A stretch of 64,000 bases of DNA from Squalus acanthias (taxonomy: Eukaryota). The stretch covers positions 16,494,001 through 16,558,000 of the forward strand of contig CM059433.1 of the NCBI GenBank assembly GCA_030390025.1, in the 5' to 3' direction. The position numbers and the translations under genes are program-made. Under the pieces are notes generated by a model. That model saw only the letters and a program-made list of their open reading frames with translations, searched no databases and was not told the DNA's origin. This document shows, piece after piece, positions 45,990 to 59,368 of the stretch. Position 1 is the first letter of the stretch. Every line of letters begins with the position of its first letter.

Positions 45990-48360
45990 CACAGATCGCA
46001 CAATAATTAGACGAGGAAGGCCATTTGGCTCATTTTTATTCAGAGAGATCATAATGTTCCCCATTGCAGCATCCAATTGTTTCTTAAATAATTTGAGGGT
46101 TTTTGCTTCCACTATTCTATTTGGAAGTTTATACCACACATTGGTCACTCTTTGAGTGAAAAAGAATTTTCCTGATATCCGTTCTAAAATAACCTTTTAC
46201 TAGTTTGAACCCATGTCCCCTAGTTGTAATTCCATGGTTTAATTTAAAGTAATATTCCAAGTTAACTTTCTCTATACCCTTAAGAATCTTATACACCTCT
46301 GTAAGATCACCTGTCAGACACCTCCTTTCCTGTTTCTCCGGTCTTTCCTCATAACCCTGACACTCGGGATCCACTCATGGCTCCTCTCTGTACTGCCTCC
46401 AGCACCTGAATGTCTGTCTTGTTTTATGGCAACCAGAACTGGATACAGTATTCAAGGTGCAGTCTGACTAGAGCACTTTAAACTTTGATCACTACCTCCT
46501 CCGATTTATATTCTACTGCTTTGGCTCTGTAGTTCAACATCCTATTGACTTTGTTGATTGCTGCTTAACATTGGTTGGACATTTTTAGCATCAAGTCTAC
46601 TAAGGCTCTTAGGTCCTTTTCAACTTCATCCGTTACTACCTCAATACCATTCATGGAGTATGTGTGCCACCTATTTTTTCTTCTTATGTGTAGCATTTTA
46701 TATTGTTGCATTAAATGTCTTTTGCCATTGTTCATCCCACCTGAACATACCTTGTCTGTCATTTCTGCACTGCCTTTTCTGATTTCACTGCCCCTCCTAG
46801 TTTGGTATCATCTGCAAATTTGACCATTTGCATTGAGTTTCTGAATCAAGGGGCGCGATCTTGCCAGCCCTGGGGAGGCGGGTTTGGAGGCGGGACTGCC
46901 GGGAAAATGGCAGAATCTGGGGGCGGGTTGGGCACCGTGCCATCTTGCCAGGAGGCAGGTAGCCAATCCGTGCTGGGTCCCATCTCCTTGGAGGTGGGAA
47001 GGGGATTACAGCCACTTAACTGCCTGTTAACAGGTAGTTTACAGGCAGATAAGAGGATTATCCCCATTTTGCCCACACAAGTGCGGGCTTCCCGAAGGCT
47101 GTGAACCCCGCCAGGGTCACCGAGGCGAGTAGTGGGTCTGCGGGGGTCGGAGGAGTGCAAAAGTGCGCTGTGAAGGTAAGTGATGGGTGCAAGTGTGGAG
47201 AGGTGAGTATGTGAGGTAAGTGGAAAGTGTTAGAAAAAGTGTACTTACCTTTATTTCTTCCTGCAGGCTTCAAGAGTTGGGTATGCGGAGAGTCTCGCAC
47301 CTCCGCGGCAGAGATGACAGATGGCTGCTGCATTCTCCAATGCAACAACCATCTAATTTCTGCTAAAGAAAGAGGTTTGATGAGTCTTGAATTCAAGAAC
47401 TCATCAAACTACAGAGAATGTTAGTGTTTGACAGCTTCACAGAGCTGTCAAACGATGACAATTCATCTGTCAAAAATATTTGACAGATTAAACGTCATAC
47501 GCTGACGTTCTCTGTAACTGGCTTTCCCCTAATTGGCCTGCTAAGCCTGTTTGAAACCTTCTACCCTATGATCTGTCTCATCTGGGATTGGATCTTGTTA
47601 CCTACCAGCCCTCCACACGTACGCACCCCCCCCCCCCCTCACCCCCACCTAGCTAGTTTAAATGATTTTCTATTGCTAGCTCAATGTTCCTAGCAAGTTT
47701 CTTTGTCCCCAATTGTGACTTATCTTTCCTGGACCAGACTTTTTTTATTTTGGAAGGATTCCCAGTTATTTATGACTGTAGCATTGTTCTTCTGGCAGTC
47801 ACTACTTTATCTCCTCAATCCTTTTGGTAAACTTAACCTCCTTCCCCAAATACTGGGAGCCTACCAGAGAACATTACTTTGCATCTTTCATCTTTGAATT
47901 TTGAGCCAATCCTCATACATGTGGCTGTTATTAAGGCACTTATATTATTTTCCCTATATCATTTCCCCTATGTGAACTATTACCATTGAGTCCCTATGTG
48001 TCCCCTTCAGTATCTCTTTTAATCCTTTCTCATTATGTACTGCTCTAGTTCCAGGTAGAGAGCTCACCATCCTCTAGGTATGGTCCTTATGGCATACATC
48101 TCTATCCACTTTCCTAAGCAAAGCTTGACCTACAACTGCAATCTCCCTGTTACCCACAAAATCCATCTTTGCCCAGGCTATCCTAGTTTTCTGACTGCCA
48201 TTTATTCTAGAATCTTATAGCCTTCTGCAGTTTGGAATGCACATGGTATCCGTTTGCTAATATAATCGCTTGGATAGTCCCACAGGGTTTCTATCTTTCT
48301 TGCGGATTTTACCAACTTCAATTCATCCAGTGTCTCCATTAACCTTGGCTTCCTTCAGCA
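45990..48360 (-). mobile_element. Old CR1 with ORF2 3' relic and ORF1 esterase-like relic, interrupted by a MITE
   Basis: GDLTEVYKIL...TRGHGFKL (46129-46374), KFADD-like at ~46800-46825; ORF1-like AVVG...LLRKVDR and VIVHIG..DIG at ~47950-48140. Confidence 0.7.
46850..47530 (+). mobile_element. Harbinger-type element family E (left end)
   Basis: GGGGCGCGATCTTGCCAGCCCTGGGGAGGCGGG; homologous to 54703-54890 and 63618-64000; right end not resolved. Confidence 0.75.
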
Positions 48361-49341
48361 CTTGTCCATCTGTCATGTCAACACTGTTTCTGATTGTACT
48401 GGTCTTCAGCTCCAGTCCATGAAGATTCACTCTCGAGGTCTGATGCTAGCCTGGGTTTTTCACTTCCATAACTTAATACTATCCACCCACTCTCAACCCC
48501 TACGCCTTCACCCCCACCACCGCCCCCCCACCCCACCCCTGTCTGCCCTGCACATTTCTACATCTTGCTCTCCAGGACCATAACCTGTTTGTTTAAGCCT
48601 ACTGATGAACAGACAGTTTTCACCTCTCTTCCTCCCTCTATTGTATCTGCTTGTCTTGTTTGTGAACATCCCACAGCAAAAACATATTAGTTTACCTTCT
48701 CTCAGCTGTTTCAATTTTTCATTATATTTTTCCCCTTTTAGTTTTAATCTTTCATTTCAAGTGTTTCTTAGATTTTACTTCGGTCTGATGTCCATTTTTA
48801 ATTATTACTTCCCTTGAGTGACTTTTAATTACTTTTAACAATCCCCTTTGCCTTTGAATTCGCTTAGATGCTCTCTTTGTAATAAATTCCTTTCTGCCTG
48901 TGCTGCCCTTTTCTCAATGTCTTGACCTTAGAGTTCCCTTTTTCAGTTCTTACACTCCTTTTGTTTTACTTGCTCACCCAGAAGTTCCATGCTGTGCTGA
49001 ACCGTCCCTGAGGTTTTGAAGCATTTAACTTGAATTGCATTTTTTGACCCCAGTGTTGATATCTCATGGTGGAGTCCACCTTCTCCTTAATCCCCAATAT
49101 CAAGTTTAACTGTCTTTGGCATCCCTCCACCTCAGTTAGTAAGATTGGTAGTTGCAGATTACTGGAGCTCTCTGTGGTCACAGATGGGGTGACTGGAAGG
49201 AACCTGGGGAGAGAGGCAGGTTAGCACAGCAACGGCTTGTGACAACCCGAACTGTTACCATAATGATTAGTTCAATAGAATCAGAAATGGTGGCCAAACT
49301 GCAATAACGTTTACAATAAAAATGTAGTTTTTAAAGTCATA

Positions 49342-50031
49342 GGAGGAAAAATTCGGTTGCTTTGCGCCTCCGGTTGGCACTAACGATGCGCAAAGCAACT
49401 AGCGCCCGGGCGCGGCGCCACTAACGCCTCCCACGAAATTCAGCGGGAGGTTAGCGGCGGCGGTAGCCGGTAGCGTCCCGCTCGCGCCCCGGCTGCAACC
49501 TTGGCTCGCGCCCCCTGACCTACCGCTGGACGCTATATCCGACAGGGTCAGGGGGGCGTTTTTACGGCCGGGGCAGCGATAATTAAAGGGCAGGTGCCGG
49601 GCGGACATTTTTTTTCTGGGCCGCCTGCCGGCACCTGCCCCCTCTGGCCTCCTCCTGCGGGGTGCCGGCCGCGATCGGTCAGCCCGGCACTCCTCTTGAG
49701 TGCCGGGCTCTTTTGCCGGCACCCCGCTCCCTGGTGGCCCAGCAGGGCCCCGGTGCACGCTGCGCTAGGCCCCTCCTCTTTAATCATGGGAGGGAGGCCT
49801 GTAGTACCGCGGCGCTACGTGCTGGTGTGCGTGGCGCTGCTGCACGTAGCGCCGCGATATTCAATGGGAGCGTCCCAAGAGGGAGGGGGAGCGCTTGCAG
49901 TCGCGCCCGCCTCCTGCTTGGGGCGCTACGATTCAATTTCGGGCGCGGGGGCGCGAAATTTTTCTGGCCGGTAAAAGTAGTGCCCCGGCGAAGTTATCGC
50001 CCCAAAGGGGGCGTGAGCCAATTTTCCCCCC
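49342..50031. mobile_element. CpG-rich Harbinger-type MITE related to family A
   Basis: GGAGGAAAAATTCGG...CCAATTTTCCCCCC; ATA TSD; left end matches the right end of family A. Confidence 0.85.
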
Positions 50032-50085
50032 ATACTCTTCTGCTAAAACCACAGCTAAAAAATCTTTGTTGTGAATAAGATTGCA

Positions 50086-50191
50086 GAGATAAGAAATAGG
50101 AGCAGGAGTAGGCCATATGACCCTTGATCATAGCTGAACTTTTACATCAACTCCACTTTCCCGCCCTATCCCCATATCCCTTGATTCCCTT
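50086..50191 (-). mobile_element. Short CR1 3' tail
   Basis: ATAAGAAATAGGAGCAGGAGTAGGCCAT...CCCCATATCCCTTGATTCC. Confidence 0.8.
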
Positions 50192-50734
50192 ACAGCTGTG
50201 CTGCCATCTTAGACATTCTTCAATATTCACTGTGTCTGTAAACATGATTTCTGTCTTGTAAGCCTAGGATTACAGATGACATAGAGCCTTGAAAATAAAC
50301 TGTGATATTGTAGAGTTAATTAAAACAGGAATGACATGTTGTCAGAGCTGACCTTAATTCAGCTCTAATTAAAATCATTTGTGGTGTAGACATGATCTCC
50401 CAGAAGCATTTAAAATGTGCAGGAGTTAGCAGGATGCGAAAACTATAATCCCTTTAACAGTGTTTGTTGGCACCATATGCATAACAGGAATTTACTTTGC
50501 GTTTTATGGGGTGGGCCAGGGATTTTACGAAGGTATAATTTAAAAAATGTAGTTTTTCCCTCCTCGCGTTCAGATCTCCTGAGTCCACTCCCGGACTGCA
50601 GCCAAGCGTGTGAGTCCTGCTTCCTGGCCTCCAATGATGCAGTTGGCTGGGAGTTGCACCAGAGTAACCTGCCGATGACTCACCCTCCCGTCCATACAGA
50701 GGTATTTGGTCCCTGCTTCAGTGCATCAGCTGAT

Positions 50735-53096
50735 CCAAGGGAGGGGGCGGTTCTGGACTTAGTTTTAGGGAATGAAGCTGGGCAGGTAGAAGGTGTATCA
50801 GTGGGGGAGCATTTTGGTGCTAGTGACCATAATTCTGTTAGATTTAAGGTAGTTATGGAAAAGGACAAGGATAGACCAGGAATAAAATTTCTAAATTGGG
50901 GAAAAGCAAACTTTGCTAAGCTCAGAGGGGATTTAGCCACAGTGGACTGGAAACAGCTACTTGAAGGTAAATCAGTGTCAGAGCAGTGGGAGGCATTCAA
51001 GGAGGAGATCCGGAGGGTTCAGACCAAATATGTGCCCTTAAAGAAAAAAGGTGGGAGTAACAAATCTAGAGCCCCCTGGATGTCTAGAGACATATAGGGT
51101 AGGACAAAGAAAAAAAGGGAGGCGTATGACAGATACCGAGGGCTAAATACGCCAGGAGCTTTAGATAAGTACAGAAAGTGCAGGGGTGCAATTAAAAATG
51201 ATATTAGGAAAGCAAAGAGAGAGCATGAAAAATTCTTGGCAAGTAAAATCAAGGAAAACCCAAAGATGTTTTATAAATATATTAAGAGTAAGAGGATAAC
51301 TAAAGAAAGGGTAGGGCCTATTAGAGATCATGAGGGTAATCTGTGTGGAAGCGGGAGACGTCGGTAGGGTTCTTAATGAATACTTTGCGTCTGTTTTCAC
51401 AAAGGAGAGGGGCGAAGCAGACATTGCTATCGGGGGGGGGGGGGGAGGAGTGTGAAATATTAGATGAAATAAACATAGTGAGAGAGGAAGTATTAAGGGG
51501 TTTAGCAGCTTTAAAAGTGGATAAATCCCCAGGCCCGGATGAAATGTATCCCAGGCTGTTAAGTGAAGCAAAAGAGGAAATAGCAGAGGCCCTGACCATC
51601 ATTTTTCAATCCTCTCTGGCTTCAGGTGTGGTGCCAGAGGACTGGAGGACTACTAATGTGGTACCCTTGTTTAAAAAGGGAGAAAAGGATAGACCGAGTA
51701 ATTACAGGCCAGTCAGCCTAACCTCGGTGATGGGAAAATTATTGGAAAGAATTCTGAAGGACAGGCTAAATCTTCATTTAGAAAGACACGGATTAATCAA
51801 GGATAGTCAGTACGGATTTGTTAAGGGAAGTTCATGTCTGACAAACTTGATTGAATTTTTTGAGGAGGTAACAAGGAGGGTAGATGAGGGTAGTGCGTTT
51901 GATGTATTGTATATGGACTTTAGCAAGGCTTTTGATAAGGTTCCACATGGCAGACTTGTCATGAAGTTAAAAGCCCATGGGATCCAGGGCAAAGTGTCAA
52001 GTTGGATTCAAAACTGGCTCGGAGACAGGAAGCAGAGGGTAATGGTTGATGGGTGTTTTTGTGACTGGAAGGCTGTTTCCAGTGGGGTTCCGCAGGGCTC
52101 AGTACTAGGTCCCTTGCTATTTGTGGTATATATCAATGATCTTGACTTGAATATAGGGGGTATGATTAAGAAGTTTGCAGATGATACTAAAATTGGCTGT
52201 GTGGTTGATACTGAAGAAGGAAGCTGTAGACTGCAGGAAGATATCAATAAATTGGTCAGGTGGGCAGAACAGTGGCAAATGGAATTCAATCCGGAGAAGT
52301 GTGAGGTAATGCATTTGGGGAGGGCTAACAAGGAAAGGGAACACACATTAAATGGTAGGACACTGAGTAGTGTAGAGGAACAAAGGGACCTTGGAGTGCA
52401 TGTCCACAGATCCCTGAAGGTAGCAGGCCAAGTAGATAAGGTGGTTAAGAAGGCATACGGAATGCTTGCCTTTATTAGCCGTGGCATAGAATATAAGAGC
52501 AGGAGGGTTATGCTTCAACTGTATAAAACACTAGTTAGGCCTCAGCTAGAGTACTGCATGCAGTTCTTTCACCACATTACAGGAAAGATGTGATTGCACT
52601 AGAGAGGGTACAGAGGAGATTTACAAGGATGTTGCCAGGAGTAGAGAATCTTAGCTATGAGGAAAGACTGGATAGGCTGGATCTGTTTTCCTTGGACTAG
52701 AGGAGGCTGAGGGGAGACCTTATTGAGGTGTATAAAATTATGAGGGGCATAGATAAAGTGGATAGAAAGGACCTATTTCCCTTAGCAGAAGGGACAAAAA
52801 CCAGGGGGCACAGATTTAAAGTAATTGATGGAAGGTTTAGAGGGGATTTGAGGGGAAATTTCTTCACCCAGAGGGTTGTGGGGGTCTGGAACTCACTGCC
52901 TGAAAGGGTGGTAGAGGCAGGAACCCTAACCACATTTAAAAAGTACTTGGATGTGCACTTGGGATGCTCTAACCTGCAGGGCTACGGACCAAGAGCTGGG
53001 AAGTGACTTTAGGCTGGATAGCTCTTTGTTGGCCGGCGCGGACACAATGGGCCGAAATGGCCTCCTTCTGTGCTGTAACTCTCTGATTCTATGATT
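50735..53096 (+). mobile_element. CR1 LINE, ~2.4-kb 5'-truncated ORF2 with frameshifts
   Basis: Endonuclease end (LDLVL...SDHN); KSPGPD, NYRPVSLTS, YMDFSKAFDKVPH, GVPQGSVLGP, FADDTK; ORFs 51343-52593 and 52728-53006; GATTCTATGATT tail. Confidence 0.96.
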
Positions 53097-54702
53097 CAGT
53101 GTGCTTGACATTTACAACTCAGCCCATGGGCACAAGCCCACATTTGACCACATGTCTCGGAACTCCAGTGTGCCCACTTTGGTATTTTTTAAAATCTAGA
53201 CAGTACTCGCTGAGGAGAAAGTTCACACTGTGTCCATATGCAGATTAGTTGTGATGTATTCTTAATCTTAGCCTCAAATTAACACCTGCCAGCGTTGGAC
53301 CAGTCAGTCCAATTTTTAAACCAGCTGCCTGAGCATTTCTAAAATTTAAAGTAAACTGTTTAGCCTAGAAATTATTGTGTATAATGTTACTGTACGCATG
53401 CTTATGCATTTGCAAGACATTACTTTGTCCACTATTGTGACGGGGGCACTAATTTGTTTATATAAAACGGGCTCACAACACTGCAATTCCTGATGGGCCG
53501 CTGCACCATGCGAATTGCAGCAGGATGGGGCTTCTGCCCACCATTTTGCCCTGGCGATGACCTCAACTCATTGGCTTAAAAAGGCAGGAGCCCGTGCCAA
53601 ATATGCTGCTCCCTGGTCATCCGCATTGCCAAGGTGGAGGAGTGAGGAATTTTAGAATGGCAGCTTGCCACTCCATTGCAGGGAGCAGACTGTTGCGTCT
53701 GTAGATCCCATTTTTTTTTAAATAAGGTGAGTAAATTGATGTTTGCTGGTTCCTGAAACCGCTTGTCGGGATTGAAGCTCAGTTCAGGGTTAACCATGAC
53801 ATTGTACATTGTGAGATTCAGTCTGAGTGAGCAGGCTTTCCGCGCTGCGATCAGCGAACTGAAAACAGACTGGGGATCTAATCTGTTACTTCGCTGCTTT
53901 GTATGGCTCTGTTTTACACCAAACAGTGCATTAACCAACTGAGCAATGAAGGCTGCTGTCATTAAAACCCAATCTTGGCTGAAATCAATTTATAGTTAAA
54001 AGCAGCATTTATGAAATTCTTTTCAATAAGTTGCTGTTCTGTGTTTTGAAGTACAGTGCTGTGCGTGGGACAGATTACGCTGACATTTTGAATAGGCTAA
54101 AATATTTTGAGGGTAAATCTTCTGTAGATTTGCTTTGATTAATATTTACATTCAACACTGGCTGAGTCTGTTTATACTCAGTGCTGCTTAACTAAATGGA
54201 GCAGTGCGGTACATGAAGGAACTGCTCATTCTGCAGGTCACAGCTAGTCAGTTGTACTGCTGCGCTTGACAGAACAGGCATACTTTTTACCTGATCCAAC
54301 TTGTAAACCAGAGGCTGCAGGCAGTCTGAACTCAAATCTATTCATCCTGATTTGTGGAATTCCTGCTGTCAGAGATGTGTATTTTTTATTAACCCATTTA
54401 TCGGGAAGGGAGCATTTACCATATGTATTTCATTAAAAAAAATCATATAAAATAATCAATTGGTTCACATTGTAAAGATGAGCATGAGATGGAATCATTC
54501 ATTTTATTCTTTATAAATAAAAATACACTGAAATAGAGGCAAATCGCAATACAATGCAAAGTAAATATTTAGGGACATAAGCAGTCAAAGCAGTCAGATA
54601 CTGTACAGTGCATGAGTTATAGTATTGGTTATGGTACTTGCAACCCTTGGATTCACATTTCATCATGGCAAGTGATCTCAATAATTTGTGTGCTGCGGAT
54701 AT

Positions 54703-54890
54703 GTTAACAGGCAGTTAATAGGCTTTAATCCCTTCCTGCCTCCAAGGAGACAGGACCCGGCGCGGGACGGCTATCTGCCTCCTGGGAAGATGGCATGGAG
54801 GTGGGTTGGGCACCTGCCCCCAAATTCTGCCATTTTCCCGGCAGTCCCGCCTCCATACCCGCCTCCCCAGGGCTGGCAAGATCGCAGCCC
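54703..54890 (-). mobile_element. Family E terminus adjoining a SINE head (54891-54968, minus)
   Basis: Reverse complement of the 46850 and 63618 termini. Confidence 0.75.
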
Positions 54891-55211
54891 AAGTCTCTGG
54901 AGTGGGACTTGAACCCACAACCTACTGACTCAGAGGCAAGAGTGCGGCCAACTGAGCTCTAGCTGAGACAGCTGTTAGCCGTGCTGTATAGATGCACAGA
55001 CTAGGCAGTAGGTACAAACTCTTAACAGGATTGATCTGCAAATCTGATTTGAATCCATTCAATATTTGAAATCGGAAATAACTTGCACCATTTACACTTG
55101 GCTCAAGTCCTTTGTAGTTTGAATGTTCGTTAAAGCTTTTAAACTATGCGCATTGTATCTGGAAAAATCATTTTCCATAAGTACCCAACACCAAAATTGC
55201 TAAATTTATTA

Positions 55212-55781
55212 CTATTCCAACGCACTCCTGGCTGGCCTCTCACGTTCTACCCTACGTAAACTTGAGATCATCCAAAACTCGGCTGCCCGTGTCCTAACTC
55301 GCACCAAGTCCCGTTCACCCATCACCCCTGTGCTCGCTGACCTACATTGGCTCCCGGTTAAGCAGCGCCTTGATTTCAAAATTCTCATCCTTGTTTTCAA
55401 ATCCCTCCATGGCCTCGCCCCTCCCTATCTCTGTAACCTCTTCCAGCCCCACAGCCCCCCGAGATATCTGCGCTCCTCTAATTCTGCCCTCTTGAGGATC
55501 CTGATTATAATCGCTCAACCATTGGTGGCCGTGCCTTCTGTTGCCTAGGCCCTAAGCTCTGGAATTCCCTCCCTAAACCTCTCCGCCTCGCTACCTCTCT
55601 TTCCTCCTTTAAGACGCTCCTTAAAACTTACCTCTTTTACCAAGCTTTTAGTTACCTGCCCTAATTTCTCCTTATGTGGCTCAGTGAAATTTTTTTTGTC
55701 TATAATACTCCTGTGAAGCGCCTTGGGACGTTTTACTACGTTAAAGGCGCTATATAAATACAAGTTGTTATTGTTGTTGTT
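55212..55781 (+). mobile_element. L2 LINE 3' fragment
   Basis: QNSAARVL...LHWLPVKQRLDFKILILVFK; (TTG)n tail; homologous to 23915-24490. Confidence 0.93.
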
Positions 55782-56497
55782 AAATGAAGACAACCTACGG
55801 AAATTAGTAGAAACATAGCACATTCATTCCATCAATATCTGAATCAACACACAAATAATATTCTTAAAACCTATTTGAGTGCACTATAGCACCCAAAAGC
55901 AGGTTCATCTGGGGAAAGCTGCAGATGTGGAACAGCTGTGTCAGTGCGGTTCATTACTAAAGTTATCATCTGACAATCCACACTGTACTTGGTTCAACTC
56001 AAGCCACCACCTCCTTTCTCTCCTCCACACCTTAGCCTTGACTTTCTCCACTTTTGCATTGAGGTGGAGGCGGGGAGATCTGTGTTTACCATCTTTGCTT
56101 CACAAGATTGGCTTCGTGCAGCGCAATAATATTTCTGTTCATTTAGCCTGTGCCCAGTCTTAAATTTGAATTGATTTTAGGAATCACGGAACAGGATTTA
56201 TCGTGGCAAATTCCAGACTCACACTGAGATACAAATTGTTCTGGTCTTTATGTATAAAATGCAAGGCAACCTAGAAAAGCAGCTAAAGCTGATAGCTGAA
56301 AAACAATCGGCCACCCAAAGATTGCCATGAATATTTGCCTATAACCAGCGTGTATTCCACATGTGTAACATTCATATGTCCCTTCTGGCCATAAAACTTT
56401 GCAGTATGTTCCAAAGAATGAGCAACCAATTTATTTCCCTACTCAAGTTCTGTATTAATGTTTAGTTCCCCAATGCTTGACCTTGGTGAGAGTGTAG

Positions 56498-56637
56498 GGG
56501 GGCAATTTTAACCCGCCCGCCGGGAAACTGACGCGATTGGGTGCAACATTGGTTTTTACACCTGATGTTACTCTCCATTGAAGTTCCACTCGATCGCGTG
56601 GATTTCCCGCCTGGCGAGTTAGGTTAAAATTACCCCC
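56498..56637. mobile_element. 140-bp mini-MITE
   Basis: TIR GGGGGCAATTTTAACC / GGTTAAAATTACCCCC; TAG/TCG flanks. Confidence 0.8.
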
Positions 56638-56639
56638 TC

Positions 56640-57790
56640 GGAGGTTTTCATGCTCCTTCTAAGTGCCACCTCAGGCTGCTGCTGCTCAATGGAGAGCTCA
56701 TGGCTCACCTGTGATGATATCTTTTCTTTCTGCTGGGTCATGAGATGGTCCTGCAACTCCTGCCAATTCTTCGACTCTTGTGATGACTGGCAGCCCCTCT
56801 CCCCATCTGTCTCTTCTATAGTCCTCTGAAGGGGATGGCTGGAGTTGGCACATGGGTCTTCCGGCCATGCTGCTGCTGCTGCCCTTGCCGCTGGGCGCTC
56901 TGTGCATGAAGGGATGGCCGTGCAACTTTCAAGTACTTTGAGGTGCCACAGGGACTTGGTGATGACGTAAGAAAACTACTAGGCACTTGGTCTGAGTATT
57001 AAACAAGGCTTTAATCAACTGTTTTACAACATGGAGGTCTAGTTGTGTCCTTCACTAGTTCCTGTTAAGAATGTCCTGCGCAAGCTGGGCCTGTGCCCGA
57101 GTATTTATACTCTCCCTGGACAGCGCCACCCGCAGGCTACTCAGTATTACTTTCTTTCATGAATGACAGATTCATGTCAGGTGACAAAACGTGCAAAGTT
57201 ATGTGGGGCAAATGGCAGTCTTTCCCTTTGGCAACCGTCAATTTGCAATTGCAGCTTTACAAGCATGGTAGTTAGGGGGTGGAAGATGTCAATGATGAGG
57301 CCAATGCTTTCCATGCTGCTTTGCTTACGGACCACCATCTTGTGGACTCAGTGTTTGATTCACGCCGAGGACAGGCATTTCTTTCATTTCAGTGGGCACA
57401 CTTCAGTCAGCCGTACCTTGGCAACCTCCCTCAGTCCAGAGAACTTCTACCTCATTTGTTCTCACAACGTATGGACATGGGGCCCACATCTATTAGCCGA
57501 CGACTTTGTACCATGTTTGCTGTACGGGTTGGCGGGTTCCCCTCAGCTCCTAAAATTGTTGCCTTCTTTTGCTATGCCTCTTTCAGCAGCACATTCAAAG
57601 TCTCCTCGTTGAAGGGGGCAAGCTCTGACGCTTGGTCCTGGGTTCATGGACATCTTCTTGAAGTACAGTCAGTCATAACAATCAGCCTGGAGAAAAATAA
57701 ACAGTAGCCCCTTAAGAGCTGCTGCACTCCCCTTTATCCTGCTCACTTGCAGTTCTAGGGCTCCTGCAGAATGCACCGAGGAATAGGACA
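56640..57790 (-). pseudogene. Decayed Harbinger Myb/SANT gene
   Basis: Minus-strand exon between acceptor TTTATTTTTCTCCAG (~57687) and donor AAG|GTAC (~57417) reads APFNEETLNVLLKEA*QKKATILG..., similar to the other Myb relics. Confidence 0.55.
56962..57150 (-). mobile_element. Possible solo LTR
   Basis: Minus strand has GTAAT...TATAAA...ATTAAA...CATCA organisation; no clear TSD. Confidence 0.3.
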
Positions 57791-58521
57791 TTTAAATTAT
57801 ATAAAATACTTGACCTTGGTGAATCTGATGAGGTGAGCATCTCACTCTATCAGCATGAGAGTGTACACATGTATGGAGATCACAATCTCCTTTTTTCCAC
57901 AATTTGGGAATCACCGGCAATTACTTGTAAAGTACTCAAAAATGTATTTTCTGCAGTTCCGGATTTAGATGTTGCTGAAGGAAGATGTGAGCACTGAAGG
58001 CACAACATTTATATCCTATTGGGATCTGGGAGTGTATTCCCACCCCACGCAGGAAATTTTGATTTATTTTTTACACTTTTTGGTGCATTTTCCATCATTT
58101 TGGGCTTACTCTAATACTGCCTTTGAACTCAAAATTAAACAATTCTGGAAGGGTTAAAGTAGTTACCAATGATTCTTGATCTTTGTAGCATCAGAAGGTA
58201 TTGCAGAGTTTAATAGAACAAATGAAACATGAATTCAATTTAGGCTTGGTGGGCTGGACTTTTCTCCACCATCCCGCCCAAAATCGATGACATAGAAGGA
58301 GAAAATCAAGGAAGATTGGGCTGGGAGGCCTATCATTGCACCCCCACACCTACCGGAGCTGCCGTGGATTCCCCTCTTGTACCCCAGCAGGGAAGGCGGT
58401 CAGCAAATCCGTCATAATCCAGCAGCGTGTAAATGACAGCGGAGAGGTAGGGCCCAGAAACCCACCCGACTTCCCTGCCTTCCACCACTGGAGCCGACAA
58501 CCCCGAGGGCTGCCAGGAGAG

Positions 58522-58900
58522 AAAGAAGAAAGAAAGAAAGACTTGCATTTATATAGCGCTTTTCACGACTACCGGACGTCTCAAAGTGCTTTACAGCCCA
58601 TGAAGTACTTTTGGAGTGTAGTCACTGTTGTAATGTGGGAAACACGCAGCATCCAATTTGCGCTCAGCAAGGTCCCACAAACAGCAATGTGATAATGACC
58701 AGATAATCTGTTTTTGTTATGTTGGTTGAGGGAGAAATATTGGCCAGGGACACCGGGGATAACTCCCCTGCTCTTCTTCGAAATAGTGCCATGGGATCAT
58801 TATCGTCCACCTGAGAGAGCAGACGGGGCCTCGGTTTAACGCTTCATCCAAAAGACAGCACCTCCGACAGTGCAGCACTCCCTCAGCACTGCACTGTGGT
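58522..58900 (-). mobile_element. DeuSINE/SacSINE1-type SINE, head missing
   Basis: Homologous to 25640-25995; (AGAA)n tail. Confidence 0.85.
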
Positions 58901-59085
58901 ACACACAGGGATGGGGATAAAGCCTGGGACAGCGATGGAAGCTGCGTGGAAGCTGCTTTTGGGAGGGAGAGTGGCCAGTAGTGGGCACCTCTGCCTCTCT
59001 CCAGACCCCAAACCATACCTCCATCCAAGGCCTAGAATACACTTTCCTGGCGGATCTTTGGGGCTTTTGATTCAGGTTCCTCTTG

Positions 59086-59368
59086 TTCTTCTCTTCTTCT
59101 TAGGCAGTCCCTCGGAACCGAGGATGACTTGCTTCCACATTAAAAATGAGTTCTCAGGTGATTGATGAGTCCAAGGCGGGACCTACAGTCTCTGTCACAG
59201 GTGGGGCAGACGGTGGTTGAAGGGGCGGGTGGGTGGGGTGCTTGGGTTGATGTGCACTCCCTGCGCTTGGCTTCCGCTTGCTCCCGGCGAAGAGACTCGA
59301 GGTGTTCGGCGCCTTCCCGGATGCTTCTCCTCCACTTTGTGCGGTCTTGGGCCAGGGATCCCCACGTC
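59086..59368 (-). mobile_element. RTE-clade LINE 3' fragment
   Basis: W.SLAQDRTKWR..I..G...CPTCDRDCRSRLGLINHLRTH, short UTR and GAA-repeat tail. Confidence 0.85.

Noticed and set aside
49342..50031. CpG-island-like host promoter
   Set aside because: Bounded by TIRs and an ATA TSD and related to MITE family A, so it is a transposon.
50417..51097. 226-aa ORF that looks like a host-CR1 fusion
   Set aside because: The N-terminal part is chance read-through of flanking DNA from a non-ATG start into truncated CR1 ORF2, which frameshifts downstream.
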